Below are positions 41,001 through 50,300 of a stretch of 64,000 bases of DNA, one piece after another. The stretch's first letter is position 1. Every line of letters starts with the position of its first letter. The notes under the pieces were generated by a model. The model searched no databases, was not told the origin of the DNA, and saw only the letters and a list, made by a program, of their open reading frames with translations. The stretch is from the IMG/VR virus record IMGVR_UViG_3300033552_000001, positions 32,001-96,000 of that record; one strand, 5' to 3'. Position numbers and translations under genes: made by a program. This stretch comes from a virus.

Positions 41001-43216
41001 TAATGAGATTTGATACTTATGAAGAGATAGATAAGGATGAAATAGCTTTTGTGTACTACAAGAAAAATGACTTAATTGATTTACAACCACAATTTAAATT
41101 ACCTATATATAATGGAGTACATGACAAATATTTTAAATTTTTGTATAAAGAATATCAAAGACAAAATAAAAAACTTGGTAATAATAGAAATAAACATGGA
41201 ATTGTTTCACAACAACAAAAATCAGGAACAGGACTTTCACAAGTAAAATCAGTTGGTGGACTATTTCAAGATGTATTAGATTGGATTGCCAACATCTATA
41301 CTAAAATTATTGATGGATGGAATGAAAGATTTAATACCCCTGATCAAAATGATGATGCAGAAAAAACTGCTTATGAGGCAGAATATTTAAATGGAAGTAA
41401 AGTACAAAAAGTAGGTATGGCTTTTACTACCAGACTTGAAAATCAAGAAGATGTAGAAACAGATTTATCATTTTCATTAATGGCATTTAACATGATGGTG
41501 AATCAAAACCAGAAGTTAAAATCTTTTGATGCACAAATGCAAGTGGTTAAAACTATTGTTATGGGTGATGCTTTATTAGGTATTTCGCCAAGACTTACTA
41601 AAAAACAAGATGCTTTTGGTAATTTCTTTAGAAAAAGAAGAAGTGGTAAATATGATGATGAAGATAACTTTAAAAAGGATTTGTCTACCAATTTAAATAA
41701 TAAGATAATAGAATTTATTGATGAGATGATGTATGATGAAGCTGAATATGCTGCTTTTGGATTACTAGGTATTAGTAGTAAGAAAGTAGGAGCTGTAATT
41801 GGCAATTATGCTACCTTCACTAGTTTGGCTTTAAATTTTAGTACTATGTTCTCTAACATTCTAAATGGTAAAATATCCACTTATTTAGAAGGTATTCAAG
41901 GTAATTATTTTAATAGAGATATTTGGGTAGCCAGTGAGTTAGAATACTGGAAAGCCATGAAAAACTTTGATCAATATAAAGATTTTGTTAGTCCAAACAT
42001 GAAAGACAAATCATTAATAGGTCAATTAACCATCCTCCTTGATGCCATACAGGGAGAATATTCAGAGGGTAAGTCAATTGATCAATTAAGAAAAAAGAAG
42101 CTGTCAGATGCTCCTAAATCAGCTTTATTTTTCACACAAGATGCTGCTGAAAATTGGATACAGGTTGTAAACATGATTGCCATGTTGAAAGCAGAGAAAT
42201 CACCCACCCATGAGAATTTATGGGAAGAATTCAATGCTAATTTTAAAAGTAATAATGATTTAATCACTATTGATAATATTGATTTACAGAGCAGAATTTT
42301 ACAATTTCAAGGTAAACTACATTCAGTGAATAAAAGACTCAATGGTGCTTATGCAAAGATTGATAAGAGTAGATTACAGAGAAGGTGGTTTGGTAAGCTT
42401 GCCTTAATGTTTAGAAAATACATTTGGCAATTTGCAAAAGCAAGATTTGATGGAGAACAAATAGATGTGGATAGTGGTGATGTTACCAGAGGATATGTAA
42501 GTGCTTATTATGCTGATTTAGTAAAAGATTTAAAAGACAATAAGAATTTCTTTTATAGAGCTGGTAGAATAGTGAAACAAATTGGAGTAGATAACAAAAG
42601 AATTGCATTAGGTACTGTAAATGCTTTGACATTTGGTGCATTAAACAAAGCAATTGATGTAAACAAATGGTATGGCTTTAAAAACATGAAAGAAAGGGAA
42701 ATAGGAGAAGCAAGAAGACTTATCACTGAAATGTCACTCTTCACTGCTTTCACCTTATTAGGAGCAGTATTAGGAGCAATTGGAGATGATGATGATGAAG
42801 AAAAGAAAGGATGGACATTAACACAATTAGAATTAATTGCAAGAAGACAAAGAAGTGATTTGGGAGTGTTTTTACCAACTATGGTGAATATTCCAACCAC
42901 TAACTTTATACCAGGTTTAGCCACTGTTAACTTTGTAACTAAAACAGTAGCCAGTCCAATTCCTGCTATGAGAGCTTACACTAATTTAGTAGCCACATTA
43001 TCACAACTCACTGATGTAGAATACAAAGATGGTGGTGTTAATTTTACAGCTAATGATGAGTATGAACAAAAAGGAATGGGATATGAAAAAGGAGATATGA
43101 AAATTGTAAGAAAATTAGAGAAATCTGTAATTGCTCCTTTATGGCAAACAATTAAATTCTTAAATCCAGAAGAGCAGTTGAAAATTTTAGAAATGTTGAA
43201 TAAAAATGCACAGTAA
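38081..43216 (+). CDS. Giant virion ejection protein with a zincin-like metallopeptidase domain
   Basis: TIIHEIIHLMT (HExxH at 38693-38707) with downstream NIDEFIAEALSN; C-terminal hydrophobic LFTAFTLLGAVLGAI; single Cys at residue 3. Confidence 0.75.
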   Translation: MACQIPYLDNKYQGEQLKSLRSKHIKLVKDIISSKLFYRKNNHLQLSRDLTSDVRKQQEAFVATIPELSVVKSDLSFDILSLKVDVVQQTNDIQYQKENTEKIANEEEINYNYTTQEVSKDKNIDRFFTNNKTTVEEVLGKITQPQLRILANALLKLLTPAQRKLAVNLVDSGNFRGLISPNSGVIQINRNANFPKGDASKTIIHEIIHLMTIQYLSSNKSSELYKDFDKLYQYAKKILLAQNKPFYGITNIDEFIAEALSNGEFIKELSLMGSLKGIEKYDNLFSEFVEKVLEVIKKVFGSKNDNLYNQISSLASQIIALNEDLSSQSLDSFDEESSMYDADNVPPNQDDEAVNENTEFSKYLSNEENEATFVKMINGIKIKFNDYLGLLQESMVEYPSSEKEVKYAELNALRKILNNETTKDAIIGLNNYITQSTQWIDSISNEYFNNDKNVLADVKALEALPEGEFKQAEIQRLTRVLNKTKHFLSLFNDLDEFKTELNRSGFLPDDKYNTKFFNNRELFAKEMEAIGAKSIIDITYDAIARSNFTTEGIKNLIFFNQYNGKLNTISYEEGEIFRDKVNEMFKRNVNKTFTSQMSEALGKAERLKKEINNLHYTLATDWLFPLYDQQQSKLAVDSLMRVSKAKFKALLKLSDKDENTVVSWIEATIQSKDPLVATVAKKIADGLREVDLENYKLSVEITNERAASGFDQMKPQEVTQAYNEMTNLVTQLVVDDFGNPVQLTDDDLREGVKINTLQGEKRYLTVQTKAWKTGEHTSLADAYKKLVSNLIYRKNKDEKGVEIPSLINQLMEVAFNDKNELDATSLAKFITANQKIMPELWEMRFVLFKTLKDGLALENGKYYNYNPALLKSLAESKDKKQHLKKVIEGQLWRVLHFNKTYTAKTQDEVTKLLINNGITIANVNKPSKYLDDNTAVSDNINSFKFNVNKNQAGAYVSVERGGETLYLYKDKSGVMRFDTYEEIDKDEIAFVYYKKNDLIDLQPQFKLPIYNGVHDKYFKFLYKEYQRQNKKLGNNRNKHGIVSQQQKSGTGLSQVKSVGGLFQDVLDWIANIYTKIIDGWNERFNTPDQNDDAEKTAYEAEYLNGSKVQKVGMAFTTRLENQEDVETDLSFSLMAFNMMVNQNQKLKSFDAQMQVVKTIVMGDALLGISPRLTKKQDAFGNFFRKRRSGKYDDEDNFKKDLSTNLNNKIIEFIDEMMYDEAEYAAFGLLGISSKKVGAVIGNYATFTSLALNFSTMFSNILNGKISTYLEGIQGNYFNRDIWVASELEYWKAMKNFDQYKDFVSPNMKDKSLIGQLTILLDAIQGEYSEGKSIDQLRKKKLSDAPKSALFFTQDAAENWIQVVNMIAMLKAEKSPTHENLWEEFNANFKSNNDLITIDNIDLQSRILQFQGKLHSVNKRLNGAYAKIDKSRLQRRWFGKLALMFRKYIWQFAKARFDGEQIDVDSGDVTRGYVSAYYADLVKDLKDNKNFFYRAGRIVKQIGVDNKRIALGTVNALTFGALNKAIDVNKWYGFKNMKEREIGEARRLITEMSLFTAFTLLGAVLGAIGDDDDEEKKGWTLTQLELIARRQRSDLGVFLPTMVNIPTTNFIPGLATVNFVTKTVASPIPAMRAYTNLVATLSQLTDVEYKDGGVNFTANDEYEQKGMGYEKGDMKIVRKLEKSVIAPLWQTIKFLNPEEQLKILEMLNKNAQ

Positions 43217-43241
43217 TAAGTAAATTAGATAATAATAATAG

Positions 43242-43272
43242 AAAGATCAATTTAATAAATTGGTCTTTTTTG
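43242..43272 (+). terminator. Intrinsic terminator ending the ejection-protein operon
   Basis: aaagatcaattt-aat-aaattggtcttt plus T tract. Confidence 0.75.
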
Positions 43273-43369
43273 TTTTAAAAATAATCATATATTGTCAATA
43301 AATAAAGTGTAAGAATCTTTTAAGAAGAGGAATTTGTAACTATTTAAAAATCAGCATATTATACGAAGT

Positions 43370-43418
43370 TTTTTCACAAAAATGTTGGAAATTTTAATTA
43401 TTTTTCACAAAAGTGTGA
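43370..43418. repeat. Direct repeat tttttcacaaaa x2 (31-bp period) and TCACA-N4-TGTGA palindrome
   Basis: Copies at 43370-43381 and 43401-43412; palindrome 43405-43418; upstream of the RepL-like gene. Confidence 0.6.
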
Positions 43419-43467
43419 CCATATCATTATTTTTAGTTACCTTTATAAAAACATAAACAGCAAGAAA

Positions 43468-44010
43468 ATGAAAGGAAATTATGATTATGAGGCTAACATT
43501 TTATTAAAACATGATGAAGAGCCAGCTAAGATTAATCTTAGAACAGGGGAGGTAACTACTATTTATAATAAGACTCCTTTAAAAAAGAAAGTAAAAATAG
43601 CAGATGATATGATTAAATTTGAAAAAGATGGTGTATTTGCAAAAAGTTATAATATTAGTTGGCTTTATTTAAAAAAAGAACTTACTGTTTTAGAATATTC
43701 AGCAGCTCATAATTTAGCATTGGAAGCAAAAGCTTTTACAAACAGTTTAGAACCTATAAATGATAATACAATTTTGGAACATCTTCAAGTAATACTTAAT
43801 GTAAGTATCAATAAAGTAAAAGGTGTTTTAAGTACTTTATTTGATTATGGTGTTTATGGTAAATTTGAAATAGCTGATTCTAAAAAAAGACATACAAAAT
43901 TTTGGGTGTTAAATCCTTATTTAAATTTTAATGGTCAAATGATTGATAGAAATATAGTTAGTTTATTTGATAATACTAAAATTGCTCAAGCATATAGAGG
44001 AGAAATATAA
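43468..44010 (+). CDS. RepL-like winged-helix DNA-binding protein
   Basis: INLRTGEV N-terminal motif, HTH-like ILEHLQVILNVSINKVKGVLSTL, C-terminal WVLNPYLNFNG resembling RepL-type proteins. Confidence 0.55.
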   Translation: MKGNYDYEANILLKHDEEPAKINLRTGEVTTIYNKTPLKKKVKIADDMIKFEKDGVFAKSYNISWLYLKKELTVLEYSAAHNLALEAKAFTNSLEPINDNTILEHLQVILNVSINKVKGVLSTLFDYGVYGKFEIADSKKRHTKFWVLNPYLNFNGQMIDRNIVSLFDNTKIAQAYRGEI

Positions 44011-44011
44011 A

Positions 44012-44515
44012 ATGATATACTTAATTCATAACACAAATAATAACACTTTAAAGATAGGTAAGTCAAAAAATCCTGAAATAAGATTAAAATCTTTATTGAC
44101 TTCTACTGCTGATAATCTAGTACTACTTAAAATTATTGAAGGTAATAATGATTCTATTTTTAAAAATATTTATAAAGATTATCATTTTATCAGAGAATGG
44201 TATAATTATTCAGATTACATAGTTAATGATTTTGAAAATCACTGTTTAATTAAGCAACAAGGTTATAAAATACATTCAAGTAAAAGCAATAGAGATGAAG
44301 GTTATATAAATATAGTTTTTACTTTATTTGATAAAAACAAAACTGAAAATTTATTTAAAGACATAAAAAAAGAATTTAGTTGTATATATCATCATTTAAG
44401 TTTTGATGATACTGTTAAACTAAAATTATGTCATAAATATATTTTAACCTCAAACTTAACAATAAAAAGAAATAAATTTATTTATGATCAACACTTGAGA
44501 TTAGAAAATCAATAA
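44012..44515 (+). CDS. T5orf172/GIY-YIG-like domain protein
   Basis: Likely start ATG 44012: MIYLIHN...LKIGKSKNPEIRLKSL...REWY. Confidence 0.7.
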   Translation: MIYLIHNTNNNTLKIGKSKNPEIRLKSLLTSTADNLVLLKIIEGNNDSIFKNIYKDYHFIREWYNYSDYIVNDFENHCLIKQQGYKIHSSKSNRDEGYINIVFTLFDKNKTENLFKDIKKEFSCIYHHLSFDDTVKLKLCHKYILTSNLTIKRNKFIYDQHLRLENQ

Positions 44516-44554
44516 AAAATTAAAAGAAAATAAACAAAAATAAATAAAACAATT

Positions 44555-45214
44555 ATGCAATTATTAGAAAATAAAAAAACTATTAGCTCCCTTGAATTGG
44601 TTGAGCAAATTAACATTTTTAGAAAAGAAGAAAAATTAAAAGAGCCTTCAAATAGATTATATTCTGAAATTACTCATGATTCTTTATTAAAAATTATTAG
44701 AGATGAATTTGGAGAAGAAATCTCGCTCGGTGAGATGAAGGGGTCAGAATACACATCAAGAGGAAAAATGTATCCAATGTTTAATTTAACTTTAACTGAA
44801 GCTACTCAAGTGTTAATTAAAGAATCAAAAGTTGTCAGAAAAGCAATGATTAGTTATATTGAAAAGTTAGAGAATGTATTAAAAAAAGAATATTCAGTAA
44901 AAGAATTGCTTATAATGCAACTTGCTGGAATTGAAAGAGCTGAATTAGCAGAACAAAAAGTAGAGAATTTAGTAATAGCGTTAGATAGTAGTATGGATTG
45001 GTGTAGCATTATTAAAGTAGCAACACATAATGTAGTTCATGAATCTATTTTTAGTTGGAGAATATTAAAAAATAAATCAATTGAATTGGGATATGAAATT
45101 AAAAAATTACCATCAACAAGATATGAATACCAAAATAGTTATCATGTAAATTGTTTTAGAATGTGTTATCCAGAATACAATTACAATTTTAATAAATACA
45201 TAAATCTAATTTAA
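44555..45214 (+). CDS. Rha/antirepressor-like phage regulatory protein
   Basis: TISSLELVEQIN...HDSLLKIIRDEF...YPMFNLTLTEATQVLIKESKVVRKAMISYIEKLE; C-terminal WRILKNKSIELGYEIKK domain. Confidence 0.75.
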   Translation: MQLLENKKTISSLELVEQINIFRKEEKLKEPSNRLYSEITHDSLLKIIRDEFGEEISLGEMKGSEYTSRGKMYPMFNLTLTEATQVLIKESKVVRKAMISYIEKLENVLKKEYSVKELLIMQLAGIERAELAEQKVENLVIALDSSMDWCSIIKVATHNVVHESIFSWRILKNKSIELGYEIKKLPSTRYEYQNSYHVNCFRMCYPEYNYNFNKYINLI

Positions 45215-45232
45215 TAATTAGGTATTTTAAAT

Positions 45233-45258
45233 AGACAGAGATATTCTCTGTTTTTTTA
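45233..45258 (+). terminator. Intrinsic terminator
   Basis: acagaga-tat-tctctgt plus T tract. Confidence 0.7.
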
Positions 45259-45344
45259 TGTCTAAGAATATTAGCTATAACAATCCATGTACTTTTTAGT
45301 TTTTTAACAATCTTTACCTATTTTTATGGAATAAATAAAAAAAC

Positions 45345-45863
45345 ATGAGAGATATAGATTTTATATTAGCTAAATTAACTGCAATATCCAATAGATTAGG
45401 TAGTGCTTCTTCTGGAGGTGCTACTAGTGGTGGTATTGAAATAGTTTCTACATTATATGATGTTATTACTAGTGGTGTTGGCTATTCAATTGGAAATACA
45501 GTAGAAGAATTAAAATTAGTTAATACTGCCACTGCTGCAGTTTCTTTTATTTATTACAATAAGACAACAAATGCTACTATTACTCCTACATTTAGTCATC
45601 TACAATTAAAAGATAGATTTTCTACACCTTCTCATATTGAATTGTTATCAAGTGCTACTGCTACATTACCTGCTAATACTTATAAATTTGTATCTTTAAT
45701 AGTATTGGAAGGTAGTGCTAATTTAACAGTTGATGGGTTTACAATTAATAATTTTCCAGCTGTATACACAGAAACTTGGGGAAATGGAGTTTCAATTTTG
45801 AATAAATCTATTACAATAACCACTAACCTTACTTCAAGAGTAGTCATAAACTTAATTAAATAA
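45345..45863 (+). CDS. Putative virion structural protein
   Basis: 172 aa, Thr/Ser/Val-rich beta composition; first of the tail-fibre cluster. Confidence 0.55.
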   Translation: MRDIDFILAKLTAISNRLGSASSGGATSGGIEIVSTLYDVITSGVGYSIGNTVEELKLVNTATAAVSFIYYNKTTNATITPTFSHLQLKDRFSTPSHIELLSSATATLPANTYKFVSLIVLEGSANLTVDGFTINNFPAVYTETWGNGVSILNKSITITTNLTSRVVINLIK

Positions 45864-47359
45864 TGCAAGGATCTAATAAAAATCCATTAAAAAATCCAGA
45901 TGGCACTGCAGCAGCATTACAAAATGTTAGTGGTATTGCCTTTAAAACTAATGCTTCATTATTATCAAATGGAAGTTATGTTTCTCCTTGGGTAAGTTAT
46001 GATCAATATTCTTCTGGATCTACTATTATATTTGCAGATGTAATGTCTGCTGTTGGAGGTCTTAAATATGAATATTCAGCAGATGGAGGTGCTACTGTTT
46101 TAGATACAATTAATGTATCCTTTGTTACATTAAATGATTTTAGAGTTGCTATTTTTCCTCTTGGAAAAGGTACTCATATAAGAATTACTTATACTAATGG
46201 AAGTGTTTCTCAAACTAAGTTTTATTTTTCTTTATCGTTAAGTTTAGATTTAGTTAATTCTATGGGTAGTGTATTCTCCCCAGTGAATACAAGTAATATT
46301 GCTTCTATTACAAAAACATTTTTACAAGTACCAGATACTAATATTGTTTCTGGAGTTTATGATTTTATAACAAGAACAGAAAACAGTTTAAATACTTCTG
46401 ATTTATCAAATGGTAGTATTACTGGTGGATTAGCAGGAACTAAATCAGCATTAGCAGGTTCTGTATTTAATTCATCTCCTCCTGTTTTAACTAATGGGCA
46501 ACAAGTTGGTATTCAGAGTGATATAAATGGTAATTTAAAAGTAAGTGATTCTCAAAATAGAGATGTATTTATTACAGGAGCTGCTACTGCAACATTAGGT
46601 AATAATATATTTAATTCTGTTGCAAGTGCTAACAATATAAATGTTTTAACACAAAGTGTAGGAGTAACCTATAGAAGTTTTTCTACTCAAATAATTGGTA
46701 ATTCAGGTATTACTGCTGGAGAAATTGTATTTGAGCATAGTAATAATGGTGTAAATTTTGTACCATTGAATGTGTACAATCAAGCAACCAGAACTTATAC
46801 AAACACTCCAATTACTATTTCAGCAAATACAAATAATTATTTTAGTGGTACTGCTGATTTTATTTTCATTAGATGTAAAATTTCAACAGCATTTGTAGGA
46901 GGAACAGTTCAAACAATAACAAAACTATTAACTACAGAATTTAATTCTACAGTAGCTTTGCCTCTTACTACAGGAAATGGATTAGTAACTACTAATACAG
47001 AAAGAGTAGTGATTGCTAATAGAGTTGAATTAATGGGAGGTTCAATTAGTTCAACTGCTGACTATGTACCATTTCCAGGACAAAGAATTAGAAGTTTAGT
47101 ATTTACTAACACTACAATTTCTACTGTATTTTTACAAATTCATAATAAAACATCATCTCTTATTACAGGAGATATTCCTTTAAATGGACTTATATTTAGA
47201 ATACCAGCTAACAGTACATTGGATAAAACCACAGCTGATTTTGGAGAAACAGGTATTTTATATGGAAACAATATCAGAGTAGGTCTTAGTAGTACTTTTG
47301 ATACTTTCACTGCAATATCTCCTTTAGGTACATCAATAAACATAATAACTGTAATTTAA
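45863..47359 (+). CDS. Putative tail fibre/structural protein with multiple beta-sandwich modules
   Basis: 498 aa, Thr/Ser/Gly/Asn-rich, TAATG-coupled with the previous gene. Confidence 0.6.
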   Translation: MQGSNKNPLKNPDGTAAALQNVSGIAFKTNASLLSNGSYVSPWVSYDQYSSGSTIIFADVMSAVGGLKYEYSADGGATVLDTINVSFVTLNDFRVAIFPLGKGTHIRITYTNGSVSQTKFYFSLSLSLDLVNSMGSVFSPVNTSNIASITKTFLQVPDTNIVSGVYDFITRTENSLNTSDLSNGSITGGLAGTKSALAGSVFNSSPPVLTNGQQVGIQSDINGNLKVSDSQNRDVFITGAATATLGNNIFNSVASANNINVLTQSVGVTYRSFSTQIIGNSGITAGEIVFEHSNNGVNFVPLNVYNQATRTYTNTPITISANTNNYFSGTADFIFIRCKISTAFVGGTVQTITKLLTTEFNSTVALPLTTGNGLVTTNTERVVIANRVELMGGSISSTADYVPFPGQRIRSLVFTNTTISTVFLQIHNKTSSLITGDIPLNGLIFRIPANSTLDKTTADFGETGILYGNNIRVGLSSTFDTFTAISPLGTSINIITVI

Positions 47360-47361
47360 TA

Positions 47362-50300
47362 ATGGCAATATATCAAGATTCAAGTTCAGGAGTACAAAAA
47401 ACAAATGTTTTAAATTTACCTGTAAATGGTAATATTTTAACTGCTGCTACAAGTGTAGACACTTATACAAATATTACTTTCTTACAAACTACTCCTGGAA
47501 TTACAGCAACTTTATTAAACCCAACTGTAACAACTGTACATAAAGTAATTGTATTAGAAAATTTACCTTCTTCAACCACTGCAATTAATATAGTGAGTGC
47601 TTTATCTTTACCTTTTAGTTTAGGAATTGGTAAATCTGTACAATTAGTTTGGAATGGTACAAATTGGAGTAAACTTATTGGAGATGGAAAAGTAACTTAT
47701 GGAATAGGTATTCCATTAACTATTTCTTCAGATAATCTTAATGATACTTATATTTTAACAGATTCTGGTATTAACACTGGAATTGTACAATCAGTATGGG
47801 TATTTGATGGATTATATTGGAAAAAAACAGTGACAATTATAGAGCCTGTTATTGAATTTTCAGTTAATACAAATCCTAATACAGCTCTTACTACTTTTTT
47901 ACCAAATATAGTAAAAAGAATAGATGTTCTTTATAGAAGTACAATTGATGGTAGTTTATGGAGCAGTGATGGTGTAAATTATATAAGCACAGTTGTTACT
48001 TTAAATAGAACAATTCAATCAATTTCAGCTACTGGTAATATTATAGCATGGAATAGTGTAGTGCAAATAGGAGCAACCCCTTTAACAACTAACATTATAC
48101 TTACTTTACCAAGTAATATTGGTTCTAAAAACAAAGATATTGTTTTTAAAAGACTTGATTCAACTTTATTCACAGTAACTATTCTTCCTTTTGGAACAGA
48201 AAGTGTACAAATTACAACTCCTGAAAGTATAAACAGTCAATATGGGGCATTAACAATACATTCAATAAGTAATATTAAATCCCAACAAACTGGAAATATA
48301 GGTATTTCAGGTAGTACTCCTACAATTAGTTATTTGCATGCTAAAAGAATTAATAGTAATCAGACTATTTCTTCAGGTTCATGGTCTAATAGAGATATAA
48401 TTTTAAATGGCTATGAAGGAAATATTCCTTATAATACAACTACAGGAGTAGCTACATTATCAGCAGGAACAGCTTATAAAATTACTGCTGGTCTTGGTAT
48501 TCTTGCTGGAGGTAATTATTTAATACAATATAGTTTAGTAGATGCTGTAACTAATGCTGTTATTAGTCCAGTAATTGAAATGGTTCAATCTAGTAATAAT
48601 ACTTTTAATGTTTCTGCTCCCACTTTAAATTTTATTTATAAACCATCAGTAACTCAAAGTGTAAAACTTAGATTTGGTGGTGGTACTAATATGCAATCTG
48701 GGGAATCAATTAGATTTGAGTTACTTAGTAATCTTACAATAACTCAAATTGGATCTACTCCTACTCTTGTAAATCAAGCATTAACAACAGGTGATTTTCC
48801 TGTAGGAGGAGCAATTCAAGCAACTGTAATTGATCCTTATGTATTAGGTTTTAATATACCACAAACCACACCAAATCAAACATTAGTTATACCAGCACCT
48901 GCTTCATCTACTGATAGTAGAATTATTTATATCAATAATACTGGAACTGCTGATTTTAAAATAGGAGATATTACAGTGGGTGTAAATAAAACTGTAGCTT
49001 ATATATGGAATGGAGTAATATGGAGTAATTTTAGTACAGAAGTAGTAGGTGCTGTATTGTCAGAATATGGTGAAAATTTAATTATTACTGATGCACAACC
49101 TCTTGGAGGATCAGTGTCAGATGTATTAGGTAGTTCATTTACATTGCCAACAGCAGGAATATGGGAAGTTGAATATTCATTAACAGGTAGAGTTGATTCT
49201 ACAGGTTCAAATTGGTATTCTTATATTACAAATACTTCTAATTTTGTAATTCCTAATAGTACAATTCAATCTTTTACTTCTGGTGGTAATAATGCCACTA
49301 TGACTTTAAACCAAAAAGTATTAATAAGTGTAACAGGTTCAACAAGTTATAAACTTAGGGCTGCTTGTCATCCTATTAGTGTTGGAAGTATTTTTAATAG
49401 TGTACCACTAGCAGGTGGTAATGGAGGTACATCAAGAATAACTTGGAAGAAAGTATCTGGTTATCTTCCTGTAATAGGAAGTACTGTAGATTATGTATTT
49501 TTAAAACCTACTAGTAATGGAGGTTCAGCAGTTGTTAATACTGATATTGGATTAGGAATTGCTTTGTCAGGAAATCTTACAGTAGTTAATAATACTATTT
49601 CATTATTGGCTGGTAAAACTTATGAATTAGAAGCTTTTTTAGACTATACAAGTTCTGTTGCTCCTACAAATAGTTATCTTGAATATTATTGGACAGATAA
49701 TGCTGGAATTAGACTTCCTAATTCAAGTGGAGGATTAGCAATACAAGCAAATTCATCAGATGGTAGTATATCAGTATTAGCAAAAGGTTATATCACAACT
49801 ACTATAGCTACTGTTGTAAAACTTAGAACAACATTAGTATCAGGAGCAGTTACATTAGTACCAAGTAATTCTTATGTAAGTGCTAAACAAGTTGGCAGTA
49901 CAGCTTTAATAACTAATACTTCAATCCCAATAAGTAATTTGCCAACTGGAGGTAATATACAAACTGCATTAATTGATCCTTACATTTTAGGATTTAATAT
50001 CAATCAAACAACTGCAAATCAGTTATTAAATATTCCAAATCCAACAACTGCCTCTGTAAATAGAATTATTTACATTAATAATGTTGGTACTGTTTCTTTT
50101 ATTACTAATGGACTTGCTATTACAGCAGGACAAACAGGTGCATTTATTTGGAATGGAGTAGCTTGGTCTACATTTTCAGCTCAAACATCTGGTTCAGTGC
50201 TATCTGAATATGGTGAAAATTTAGGAATTGTTAATAATCAAGGGGTAACTACAAGTATAACAGATGTTACAGGTAGTTCTTTTACAATTCCTTCTGCTGG

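Noticed and set aside
25330-42924. Antisense ORFs of 60-150 aa within the giant genes (e.g. 25330-25596, 26374-26709, 27190-27633, 41503-41805, 42553-42924)
   Set aside because: Ser/Leu/Phe/Ile-rich mirror translations of the sense codon pattern with no motifs or start context.
43967-44011. Upstream extension of the T5orf172 gene given by the ORF track
   Set aside because: It overlaps the RepL-like gene; the domain and an A-rich leader begin at ATG 44012.
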